Shown: in pieces, positions 16,269 to 24,997 of the stretch | Numbering within the stretch: the stretch's first letter is position 1 | How the letters are laid out: every line of letters begins with the position of its first letter | DNA from: a virus | Taxonomy: Duplodnaviria > Caudoviricetes | Reading direction: 5' to 3' (one strand) | Virus record (IMG/VR): IMGVR_UViG_3300042214_000074 | Location: 1-31,821 of that record | Length of the DNA stretch: 31,821 nucleotides | Program-made: the position numbers and the translations under genes | The notes under the pieces: model-generated | What the model was told of the DNA's origin: nothing | Seen by the model: the letters and a program-made list of their open reading frames with translations, nothing else | Databases searched by the model: none

Positions 16269-18107
16269 ATGGCGGAAACTAAAACGATTGTTAACCAGCA
16301 AACCACCCGGATCATCACGAAGGCGGCGGACGTTGTCGTCGTTCAGGGCCAAAAAGGCGAAACCGGAGCCCAGGGCCAGGCAGGCAGCGACGGCGTCGGT
16401 ATCGTCTCGTTGTATGCCTTGAACGGCTTCGTTTATGCGTCATTGAGCGATGGCCGGGATATCAAGATTGCAGAACTGCCACGCGGCCCGCAAGGCCCGA
16501 CAGGCCCCCAGGGAGCCGCAGGCACGAACGGATTGGACGGCGAGGACGGCGTTGGCATCATTGACGCAGGCATCGTTGACGGCGATCTCTACCTGGAAAT
16601 GACCGACGGGATTGTCTACAACGTGGGCCCCGTTGTCGGCCCCCAAGGTCCCCAAGGCCCCACCGGGGCGAAAGGCGACAAGGGCGACCCAGGTGCCACG
16701 GGATTGCAAGGTCCAGCGGGCCCGACCGGCGCTCAAGGCCCTGCGGGTGTTGATGGGGCTGATGGGGCCCAGGGCCCTGCGGGCGTTTCGGTAGCGTCGG
16801 CAAACATCGACCAAAACAACCACCTGATCCTGACTCTGAGCGACGCGACAACCGTGGACGCTGGGGAGTTGCCTGCGGGCTCTGGGGGCGGTTCTGATTG
16901 GCTCACGGACGCCCCTGTGGGCCACTTGCTGCTGCTGCCCGAACTGCCGACAAACGGCAAGTGGATCGCCCGTGATGGGGCTCAGCAGCCGTCCACGAGC
17001 TACCCGGAACTCGCTGGCAAAACCGGATATCCATTGATTTCAATTCCGGACAGCTATGCCAACGTTGCCGCGTTTACCTCGCCGCACGAGATCAAATACA
17101 AGTTCCCGGACTTCGGGCAGACCCTGACCCTCGCCGATGGCACGATCATCATCAACGCCCTCGATATGTTTATATATTCAAAAGATGCGGGCGCAACATG
17201 GCAGACCCCGGCCTTTTTAGCTGAGAACCAAATCTCCTGGGGCCTGTTCGAGCATGCGGGCAAGCTTTACGCCACAAGCAGCTCCACCGGCTCGGTGCAT
17301 ATTTACAACAGCACGACGATGGAGTTCCTCTACACCGTTTCGATATCCTCGGGTTATACCACGTTCAGCATCGTCTACGATGACCGTGCGGGCCTTTTCT
17401 ATGCGGTCGGCGTGAAGGTTGTGAGCACCAGTCAATCGCGCCGCTATGGTGTTTTTGAGTCGGTTGATGGCCAGACCTGGACCTTCAAGTATGACGTCAA
17501 TCCGGGCGGCGTGACAGAGAGCACGCTGATGTCTCGGATATTCATCACCGAGGCCGGGTTCGTTGTTGTTAATACGATTTATGCCCGGAACACGATGCAC
17601 ACCGTCCATTTTTATCCGGATATGGACAGCGCCCACACGGAGCACGCAGTTCCCACCGGCACCGGGCAATCCTATGACAACTTTTTCGCAAATGGCGCAG
17701 TCTCGGGCAACGTTGTCCTGCTTCTGTCGCAATCCCGGCAATATCGCAGCGTAGATGGCGGCCAAACCTTCGAGGAGTTTTTCCCCACAGGACTGGGCAC
17801 CAGCGGCTGGGACCTGGTCTCAATCGGAAATGGCGGCTGGATTGTGGCAAGCACTGCGGACGGCATTCGCTACTCAAAGAACGACGGCGACACCTGGGTC
17901 ACGTATGCAGCCAGCGCACTCACCAGCCCGGATTTGAAGCGCCTGGCGCTTGATGCTGATGACAACGTGTTCGCATTTAGCAACAACACCAACGCCGACA
18001 CCTGCGCGAAATTCCTCGCATTCAAGCCCGCAGATGCCGATTTCCGAGTCCCAACGCTCACCCCTCCGGACAGCTCGGCGAGCTGGTTCGTGAAGGCCAA
18101 ACCATAA
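16269..18107 (+). CDS. Tail fibre / receptor-binding protein: collagen-like stalk, tail-collar-like domain, Asp-box beta-propeller
   Basis: G-X-Y runs with DGVGI linkers; PVG...WIARDG...YPEL collar start; SKDAGATW, SVDGQTW, SVDGGQTF and SKNDGDTW Asp-boxes; FRVPTL...FVKAK end. Confidence 0.85.
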   Translation: MAETKTIVNQQTTRIITKAADVVVVQGQKGETGAQGQAGSDGVGIVSLYALNGFVYASLSDGRDIKIAELPRGPQGPTGPQGAAGTNGLDGEDGVGIIDAGIVDGDLYLEMTDGIVYNVGPVVGPQGPQGPTGAKGDKGDPGATGLQGPAGPTGAQGPAGVDGADGAQGPAGVSVASANIDQNNHLILTLSDATTVDAGELPAGSGGGSDWLTDAPVGHLLLLPELPTNGKWIARDGAQQPSTSYPELAGKTGYPLISIPDSYANVAAFTSPHEIKYKFPDFGQTLTLADGTIIINALDMFIYSKDAGATWQTPAFLAENQISWGLFEHAGKLYATSSSTGSVHIYNSTTMEFLYTVSISSGYTTFSIVYDDRAGLFYAVGVKVVSTSQSRRYGVFESVDGQTWTFKYDVNPGGVTESTLMSRIFITEAGFVVVNTIYARNTMHTVHFYPDMDSAHTEHAVPTGTGQSYDNFFANGAVSGNVVLLLSQSRQYRSVDGGQTFEEFFPTGLGTSGWDLVSIGNGGWIVASTADGIRYSKNDGDTWVTYAASALTSPDLKRLALDADDNVFAFSNNTNADTCAKFLAFKPADADFRVPTLTPPDSSASWFVKAKP

Positions 18108-18120
18108 GGATTTGACGACA

Positions 18121-18336
18121 ATGACACCCAGAGAAAAGGCCCAAGCGCGGGCGCAGCGCAATCGAATGATCAGCGAGACGGATTTCGTGATGCTGCCTGA
18201 CTCGGATTACGCGCAAGCGCAGCGGGACGAAATGAAGGTCTATCGGCAGGCCCTGCGGGACATCACTGCCCAATTTGATGCGGCTGCCACGGCGGATGAC
18301 CTGGTCTGGCCGGTACCGCCCGCCTGGTTTTACTAA
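18121..18336 (+). CDS. Tail fibre assembly chaperone
   Basis: RAQRNRMISETDF..LPD...YRQALRDIT...VWPVPP signature. Confidence 0.85.
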   Translation: MTPREKAQARAQRNRMISETDFVMLPDSDYAQAQRDEMKVYRQALRDITAQFDAAATADDLVWPVPPAWFY

Positions 18337-18368
18337 TTTATATACCCATTTAATAACGGACGGACACG

Positions 18369-20399
18369 ATGAGCGAGACGGAACTCGATTTCGAAAAACG
18401 AAACATGGCAATAGCGCAGAGCCACCTGGCCCAAATGGAGCGGGCGCGGTGGACGGATTGGACGCTGCAAAAGACGGTGAAAGAAGGCGTTCGGGCGTCT
18501 GGTTGGGTGTTTCTTGCTAACAAGCTGATCGGCGACGCGGTCTCCTCGGCTCCGCTGGTTGTTTATAACGCGGACGGCAAAATCGAATGGGAGCACCCGG
18601 TGACGATGCTGCTCCAAAACCCGCACCCTGAATTTTCCAGGGCTGATGTGTTCAGGCTGTTGGCTTCATGGCTCAATTTAACGGGGACCGGCTACTTTAA
18701 AAAAGTGGCTGGGCTCCGTGGCCAAACAAAACAACTCTGGCCCATCTCTCCGGACCGACTCGCCCCTTTGCAATCCAAGGAGGCCGCCTATCTGATCGAC
18801 GGCTATGAGGTGGAAATCAAGGGCGAACGAAAGCTCTCTGTCGAATACACACCCGAGAATGTGATCCGGTTCTGCACCCCCGACCCCGCTGACCCGTTGC
18901 GCGGCCTCTCGCCTCTCCTGGCGGCCTCTCGTGCGGTGGATCTGGACGTGGGCCAGCAGGATTGGAATAAGGCCCTGCTGCAAAACCGTGGCAACCCAGA
19001 CATCGCTATCACGATGAAGGGCGACGTCAACGAGCAGCAGAAGAAATCCATTTTGCGCTCAATAATGAGCAAATTCCGAGGCCGCCGCAACGCTGGCATG
19101 CCCCTGGTTCTGGGTGGCGAGGCGCAGGTCACCCGGCTCGGACTGTCGCAACAGGAGATGGATTTCCTGGCGTCTCGCAAGTGGAACCGCGACGAAATCC
19201 TGAGCATCTACGGCGTGCCGCCTCAACTTGCAGGGGCGCAAGAGTCGAGCACGTATAACAATTTCAACGAAGCGAAGCGGGTGTTCTGGATCAATACCAT
19301 CATCCCGCTTCTGTCGTTGCTGTGCGATGCCCTCAACCGCTCCCTCTCCGACGAACTGGCAGAGGGCTATTACATCGGCCCCGACCTGTCTGACGTTGAA
19401 GCGCTTAGTGAAACCCAGGACGCAAAGCTCGAACGCGCTGAAAAGCTGTTCAAGATGGGCGTGCCGATGAAAACGATCAACGAGCGCCTGGAGCTGGGCC
19501 TGCAAGAGTTTGAGGCCTGGGACAAGCCCTGGGGCGGACAGAAGGCTGCGGGGTTGTCATCAAATGAGAGTTTGAGCGCAAATAGAACCGACGATGTCGA
19601 TGGGCTCGCTACGCGAAAAAAGTCCAATGGCCCCACTCCTAATGGTTGGCAGTTGAAGCCGTTCGAGGTGCGGGCCAGTGAGCAGGAAAAGGAAGAGGAG
19701 AGGCGAGAAAAGCTGGCAAACGGCGCAATGCTGACCACCCTCTCCCAAATGCTGGAGGCCCAAAAACTGGTGGCCCTGGAGGCCGTGGAGGCCGAGCTGC
19801 CCGCCGAGGAGCTGGTCGGGCTGATGGCTGAGGTCTCTGCCGAGTTTCGGGATGAACTGGAAGCCCATGCCGTGGAGGCTGGCGTGCAGGCGGCTGAAAA
19901 TATCGTCATCGAACGCCGGGGCCTGAACCTTCGGGCGGATACCGAAATCATGGACATCGTTGCGAGCAAAATCACCCAGGAGAGGTTGGTCTGGAATGAA
20001 CTCGCGTTGATTGACCAAATCACGGGCGAGCGCATTGCCAATGAATTGATCGCCGGGCTTGAGGCGGGTGAAAGTATTCAGCAAATTCAGGATCGCCTGT
20101 CGAAGGGCTCGGACTTCTCCCCGGTTCGGGCGCTTCGGATATCCCGGACCCTGGTCGGCTCTGCTTCATCGATTGGGCAGTTGGCGGAAGCTGAGGACGT
20201 TGGCTGCACCACCAAAACCTGGATAACCAGCGCAGCCCACTCACGGGACGGACACAAGAACCGGAACGGGGAAACGGTGGCGATTGATGCGCAATTTTCA
20301 ATGCAGTATGGCGGGCGACCTCGTTGGCCTTTGGATCAAGACACAACCGCAGCGGACAGGATCAACTGCCGGTGCGGGTTGGATTTCGGGTTCGATTAA
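18369..20399 (+). CDS. Portal protein fused to a MuF/SPP1 gp7-like minor head domain
   Basis: HK97-like portal motifs (LLQNPHP, GLSPL, YGVPP) in the first ~390 aa; C-terminal KTW...R.GH...INCRC. Confidence 0.88.
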   Translation: MSETELDFEKRNMAIAQSHLAQMERARWTDWTLQKTVKEGVRASGWVFLANKLIGDAVSSAPLVVYNADGKIEWEHPVTMLLQNPHPEFSRADVFRLLASWLNLTGTGYFKKVAGLRGQTKQLWPISPDRLAPLQSKEAAYLIDGYEVEIKGERKLSVEYTPENVIRFCTPDPADPLRGLSPLLAASRAVDLDVGQQDWNKALLQNRGNPDIAITMKGDVNEQQKKSILRSIMSKFRGRRNAGMPLVLGGEAQVTRLGLSQQEMDFLASRKWNRDEILSIYGVPPQLAGAQESSTYNNFNEAKRVFWINTIIPLLSLLCDALNRSLSDELAEGYYIGPDLSDVEALSETQDAKLERAEKLFKMGVPMKTINERLELGLQEFEAWDKPWGGQKAAGLSSNESLSANRTDDVDGLATRKKSNGPTPNGWQLKPFEVRASEQEKEEERREKLANGAMLTTLSQMLEAQKLVALEAVEAELPAEELVGLMAEVSAEFRDELEAHAVEAGVQAAENIVIERRGLNLRADTEIMDIVASKITQERLVWNELALIDQITGERIANELIAGLEAGESIQQIQDRLSKGSDFSPVRALRISRTLVGSASSIGQLAEAEDVGCTTKTWITSAAHSRDGHKNRNGETVAIDAQFSMQYGGRPRWPLDQDTTAADRINCRCGLDFGFD

Positions 20400-20420
20400 A
20401 AAAGGCCCCGCGAGGGGCCT
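20398..20420 (-). terminator. Rho-independent terminator for the reverse moron
   Basis: AGGCCCC-GCGA-GGGGCCT with an A6 run on the + strand upstream (U tract on -). Confidence 0.8.
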
Positions 20421-20429
20421 GGCGGTTGG

Positions 20430-21212
20430 TTATTTTGAGAGCCTGAGCGCTTCCTTCATTGCCTCAACCATGTCGAACCGCCCGCCCTTTTCTGCAAGCT
20501 TTTCGAGATGCATGGCCAGGTCGTTTTCGTCGTTGTGCTCGGATTGAAAATATGCGAACTCCCCGGCCAGTTTGTTGTTCATCGGGTGCTCGGCTGCATT
20601 TACCAGCTCAGCCGCTTCCTCGATGAGCCCCACGTCGGCCATGTCGTTGATGCCCTGCATGTTCGGCTTGCGAGGTGCTCGCAGGCGGTCCGCAAATTTG
20701 ACTGCAAACAGCCGGGGTTGCATGCCGACGATGTCCTCAAGCTCGGCCCAATCGTCGCTGATGAGCTTGAATTCCTCGTCCTCTCGGGCGTTGGAGATGG
20801 TCAGCACTTCGCCGTCGAATTCGCCCCAAATCTCTTGCTCGTCTTCGTTAATCAGGCGGGCAATCAACTGGTGCTGGCATTCGAGGGCGTCGACAAGGTG
20901 GTCTTCCAGATATGGGTCGACATCCATCATGCTGGCCATCTCTTCGATGAACTGAGAGTCGGGCAGTAGGATCAAGCGCTGGGCGTCGTCTTCGTTGTCT
21001 GCAATCGTTGTTGCGTAGTTGTCGCCCTCGCCTGCGAACATCTTGAAGTTGTCGGGGTTGATATAGATGTGGTCATCGAAATAGTTGTCAGTGACTGAGA
21101 GCCCTTGCAGGTCGGCGACCGCGTTGATGATGTCGCTCTCCCCTTCCATCTCCATGAGTTGGGCGGCCAGGGCGTTGCGGGCTTCGATGACTGCTTCTGC
21201 GAATGTTTTCAT
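20430..21212 (-). CDS. Highly acidic hypothetical protein (260 aa), moron; DNA-mimic candidate
   Basis: GAAGGA RBS, ATG 21212; about 59 D/E vs about 20 K/R by hand count. Confidence 0.85.
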   Translation of the reverse strand: MKTFAEAVIEARNALAAQLMEMEGESDIINAVADLQGLSVTDNYFDDHIYINPDNFKMFAGEGDNYATTIADNEDDAQRLILLPDSQFIEEMASMMDVDPYLEDHLVDALECQHQLIARLINEDEQEIWGEFDGEVLTISNAREDEEFKLISDDWAELEDIVGMQPRLFAVKFADRLRAPRKPNMQGINDMADVGLIEEAAELVNAAEHPMNNKLAGEFAYFQSEHNDENDLAMHLEKLAEKGGRFDMVEAMKEALRLSK

Positions 21213-21236
21213 TGTTGTTATTCCTTCGTCTGTTAT

Positions 21237-21303
21237 GGCTGAATTGCCGGGGTTGTTTCTCAACCCATATACCCATATTAACGCTGACGTGTTGGGTTGT
21301 CAA
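21237..21303 (-). promoter_or_regulatory. Promoter plus double-hairpin leader cassette, copy 3
   Basis: On - strand: TTGACA-N17-TAATAT, then GGGTTG-AGAAA-CAACCC and GGC-AATTCA-GCC. Confidence 0.85.
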
Positions 21304-21436
21304 TACTTTTTCATCTTTTTTTTGCTTTATTTTTATTTTTCTGTTTTTTTGCTGGTTTAATATATGATAAAATAAACCCATCGCGAAATTGAAAGCTGGC
21401 AGGACGCTGGCACCAATCAAATCCATGGATGGACCA

Positions 21437-22495
21437 ATGGCGAAAAATTTAGAACTGAGAGCACTGGGCAATTGCGAGGTCCGCGAGGACGCGCCGGGCG
21501 AATTCTCCGGCTATGTCGTGACCTGGGGCACCAACGACAGCTACAACACCTCTTTTAAGCGCGGCGCGTTCAAAAAAACCATCTCCGAGCGTGCTGGCAA
21601 AATCAAATTATTGTGGAACCACGACGCGAAAGCCATGCCAATCGGCTCCGTGCTGGAACTGGTTGAGGATGACACTGGCCTGTTTTTCAGGGCGGCCCTC
21701 GCCCTGGACACCGAAAAAGGTCGGGAAGTTTATAGCCTCATGAAAATGGGCGCTATCAATACGATGTCGTTCGGCTTCCGCACTATAAAGGACGGCGGCT
21801 ACAAGAAAGGCGTCCGCGAAATCACTGAGGTCGCCCTCTACGAAATCAGCCCGGTCAACTTCGAGGCCAACCCAACCGCAACGATCAACGACGTGCGGGC
21901 CACCATTTTCTCCCAAACCATTCAAGACGCCGACCTGCGGGTCCGTGGCAATCGTTTGATGAGCGCACTGGAAGAGACCCTCTGGGATATCCACTGGGAC
22001 ATCGACGCCCCTGACGACCGCGTCCGGGCTGCTGATGCCGCTATCGGCGAGTTCCACACAGCCTTCATTGAGTGGATGCAAGAAATCAACGAAAGAGCCG
22101 AAGAGGTTCGAGGCGCACCTGATGCCAACGCCCTGGCACAGGCCTTTAATCAGTTCCTGGACGGGCGGTCCGCTGCTGATTTTGCTGCCGAGAGTCATTT
22201 CACTCGTGATCAAGTCGAGTCACTCCGTCGGGGCAAGTTAATCCCCGGAGCCGATCTGAAGGGTGTTTCCGAGGATGTCGTGAAGGCATACGAAGAGCGC
22301 CAGGCCGAAGTCGCGCAAGCACTTCACGCCGAACTTGAAGCTCTACCCGAAGACCTGCGCAGCAAGGCCCTTGAAGGCTTCGTTGCTCCCGTCATTGAGA
22401 GCAAAGAAACCCCGGAGCCTGAGCCGGTAGAGGACACACGTGCGCAAGCCATTGCCGCTGCCCTCGCCCGCGTGCGGGAACTTCGTAAAAACTGA
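21437..22495 (+). CDS. HK97-family prohead protease with long C-terminal extension
   Basis: LLWNHD (His), MSFGF (Ser), LYEISPVNFEANP. Confidence 0.92.
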   Translation: MAKNLELRALGNCEVREDAPGEFSGYVVTWGTNDSYNTSFKRGAFKKTISERAGKIKLLWNHDAKAMPIGSVLELVEDDTGLFFRAALALDTEKGREVYSLMKMGAINTMSFGFRTIKDGGYKKGVREITEVALYEISPVNFEANPTATINDVRATIFSQTIQDADLRVRGNRLMSALEETLWDIHWDIDAPDDRVRAADAAIGEFHTAFIEWMQEINERAEEVRGAPDANALAQAFNQFLDGRSAADFAAESHFTRDQVESLRRGKLIPGADLKGVSEDVVKAYEERQAEVAQALHAELEALPEDLRSKALEGFVAPVIESKETPEPEPVEDTRAQAIAAALARVRELRKN

Positions 22496-22535
22496 TTACA
22501 TACCCATTAATTAACCATTGTCAAGGAGTGACAAA

Positions 22536-23645
22536 ATGGACGAGCAAATGAAAGAACTGTTGGCCGAAATCGAAGCAATGAAAACCGAGCTTCGCTCCGC
22601 CAATGACGAACAAGCCAAGGCCCTGAACGACCAGATCGAAGAGCTGCGCGGCCAATTCGAGGCCATGGAGCAGCGTGCGGTTGAAGCCAATCGCCCTGGT
22701 GCTGGTGAATCCCTGCGCGATGCGGACGCAGACAAGCACGGCGAAATGTTCGCACGCTATGCCCGCACCGGCGACATGGAGCTGCGCACTCTGTCTGGCG
22801 CTACCGACGAAGAGGGCGGCGTGTTCCTGCCGACTCAAATGGCTGCCGAGATCAAATCCAAAGCCGCAAACCTGAACGAAATCCGTCGTCACTGCTACGT
22901 TGGCCGCACCGGCATGAACAGCGTGCTGGTTCCGTCTCTGGCGCGTCCGAAGGCTGGCTACGGCACCGTGACCCCGACCGAGCAAGAGCTGAACAGCGGC
23001 TTCACACGCCTCGACGTTCATGACTGCAAGGCCCTGGCGGTTATCCCGGAAAACACTCTGGCCGACTCGTCTTATGACCTGAACGGCAAGCTGACCAGCC
23101 AGTTCTCCGACGCCCTCTCCGAGGAAGAGTCCCGCGCATTCGTGATGGGTTCCGGCGTAAATGAGCCTCTGGGCATCGTTTCCAAAGAAACCAAAGCCAA
23201 TGCCGTGACCACTGCTGCCTCCGGTTCCCTGGGCGCTGATGGCGCTGCTGTTGAGGACATCATCAACAAGGCCCTCTACAGCCTGAAGAAGACCTACCGC
23301 CGCAACGCCAAGCTGATTTGCAACAGCAACACCGAAGCCGAACTGGCCAAGGTTCGCGACGCGAACGGCAACAAGCTCCTGACCAAGGATGGCGACCGCA
23401 CCTGGTTCAACGGCACCGAAATCGTGACCTGCGAGGATATGGATGACGTGGCTGCTGGCAAGTATCCCATCGTTGTGGGCGACCTGCGCCAGTTCGAGGT
23501 TTACGACCGCTCTGACATCTCTGTCAAGCGTCTGACCGGTGGCAACTACGACACCAGCTCAACCGTTGGCTTCCTGCTTAAAGCACGCCATGCCGCTGGT
23601 GTGACCCAGGTCGAGGCCTTCGTTCCGGTGAAGGTCAAGGCGTAA
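22536..23645 (+). CDS. Major capsid protein (HK97 fold, N-terminal coiled-coil delta domain)
   Basis: AAGGAG RBS; EGGVFLP, GSGVNEPLGI and IVVGDL motifs; position after protease. Confidence 0.93.
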   Translation: MDEQMKELLAEIEAMKTELRSANDEQAKALNDQIEELRGQFEAMEQRAVEANRPGAGESLRDADADKHGEMFARYARTGDMELRTLSGATDEEGGVFLPTQMAAEIKSKAANLNEIRRHCYVGRTGMNSVLVPSLARPKAGYGTVTPTEQELNSGFTRLDVHDCKALAVIPENTLADSSYDLNGKLTSQFSDALSEEESRAFVMGSGVNEPLGIVSKETKANAVTTAASGSLGADGAAVEDIINKALYSLKKTYRRNAKLICNSNTEAELAKVRDANGNKLLTKDGDRTWFNGTEIVTCEDMDDVAAGKYPIVVGDLRQFEVYDRSDISVKRLTGGNYDTSSTVGFLLKARHAAGVTQVEAFVPVKVKA

Positions 23646-23714
23646 GCGCTAAGCCATAAAGCCGGGCCCAGGGTGGGCTCGGTTTAACCAAATTATTTTG
23701 CAAGGAGCAAAACC

Positions 23715-24071
23715 ATGAAAGGCGATATCACAAACTTCGAAACCATCGAAATCGCACCAGCCGCATCTCGCATGGATGCACAGGTTCAGGAAATCATTGA
23801 CGTTCAAAACGGCGCAGGCGTTGGCATTGCATTGTCCGTTGGCACCGTTGGCACTGGCATCACGTTCAGCCTCGAAGCCTCTGACGACCAAGTCAGCTGG
23901 GAGCCAGTGGCCGGTCAATTCGCTCTGGATCTGCCCGCTGCCCAGCTGTATTCGCTCGGCGTTTACAAGGCTGAAAAGCGCTACTACCGCGCAACTATCG
24001 ACAACGTCGGCACCTCAGTGTATTCCGCTGTTGCCTCCGTTGGTCCTGCCAAATTCAAAGCTGCTGAGTAA
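23715..24071 (+). CDS. Virion protein, possible capsid decoration protein
   Basis: AAGGAG RBS; beta-rich 118 aa right after the capsid gene. Confidence 0.55.
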   Translation: MKGDITNFETIEIAPAASRMDAQVQEIIDVQNGAGVGIALSVGTVGTGITFSLEASDDQVSWEPVAGQFALDLPAAQLYSLGVYKAEKRYYRATIDNVGTSVYSAVASVGPAKFKAAE

Positions 24072-24135
24072 GTAGCCGAGAGCCCTTTCCCGGCCCCCGC
24101 CCTGGGGGTTGGGATTGGTTGACGCGGAGCCCGAT

Positions 24136-24657
24136 ATGTTGCTGACAACCTTCGAAGACCTCAAAGCATTGCTGAAATTACAGCTGGACAGCCTGAGCGA
24201 TTACCCGGCCCTGTCCGTGATTGCTGAGTCGGTCACTGCTGCCATTCAAGTCTATCTCTGCCGGGATTTGGAGCTGGACTCATACACCGAGCGGTTCGAC
24301 ATGGACGGTGAGCGCTTCATCGGCCTGCGGGCCATTCCTATCAAAAAAATCAAATCTGTCACGGTTGATGGCGTGCCCTTCATTGGATATCGCCAGCGCC
24401 TGGATCGGTTGGAATTTCACTCGCCTGTTAACGGGCTGCTGGAAGTGAAATATCAGGGCGGGCTGGATGACATTCCCGAGGATATCAAGCGGGCTGCGTT
24501 GTTGCAGATTGCGCACGAGCACCAGCGTCACGACCACATCGGAGCCAATTCAGTGAGCACGGACGGCGGTTCGGTCAGGAACCCCGAGCTGGGGCTGCTA
24601 AAGGAAGTGCGCCGGATGCTTGAAAAACACATTAACTACGCCGCCAAAGGGATTTGA
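24136..24657 (+). CDS. Head-tail connector (gp6/gp15-like)
   Basis: TTFEDLKALLK...AIQVYLCRDL...IPEDIKRAALL pattern. Confidence 0.8.
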   Translation: MLLTTFEDLKALLKLQLDSLSDYPALSVIAESVTAAIQVYLCRDLELDSYTERFDMDGERFIGLRAIPIKKIKSVTVDGVPFIGYRQRLDRLEFHSPVNGLLEVKYQGGLDDIPEDIKRAALLQIAHEHQRHDHIGANSVSTDGGSVRNPELGLLKEVRRMLEKHINYAAKGI

Positions 24658-24977
24658 ACGTGGCCGAACAGCAACCCAACAACCCGCAAATAGATTACGC
24701 GCAACTCGCCACCGCCGTGGCCTCTGCATTGCAAAACAGTCAGGCAAACAGCGACTGGGAGACAGAGCACAGAAACCAGCACGCCACGATAGCGGTGTTG
24801 ATCCCATATGCCCCGCTGATTGTCGAAATGGCCGAGGAGCTGCGGGAGCGGCGTGAGCGTCGAAAGCGATTAATCGAAAAGGTCACCGGGTTCGTTGTCG
24901 TTGCCGCTGCGGGCGCTTTTCTCACGTGGCTCGGGGCTGCAACGCTCAAATGGCTGCATATCAGCCCCGGTTGGTAG
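24654..24977 (+). CDS. Membrane protein, putative holin-like lysis protein
   Basis: C-terminal TM segment; directly upstream of the endolysin. Confidence 0.5.
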   Translation: MNVAEQQPNNPQIDYAQLATAVASALQNSQANSDWETEHRNQHATIAVLIPYAPLIVEMAEELRERRERRKRLIEKVTGFVVVAAAGAFLTWLGAATLKWLHISPGW

Positions 24978-24997
24978 CAATCAAAGGAGAGGCAAGG

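Noticed and set aside
16130-16318. Hydrophobic 62-aa - strand ORF between bppU-like and fibre genes
   Set aside because: Overlaps the fibre start, has no clear RBS or promoter; cannot be supported
16340-16790. Nucleotide repeats in the tail fibre as DGR template/variable repeats or shufflon sites
   Set aside because: Explained by collagen G-X-Y coding; no reverse transcriptase or invertase nearby
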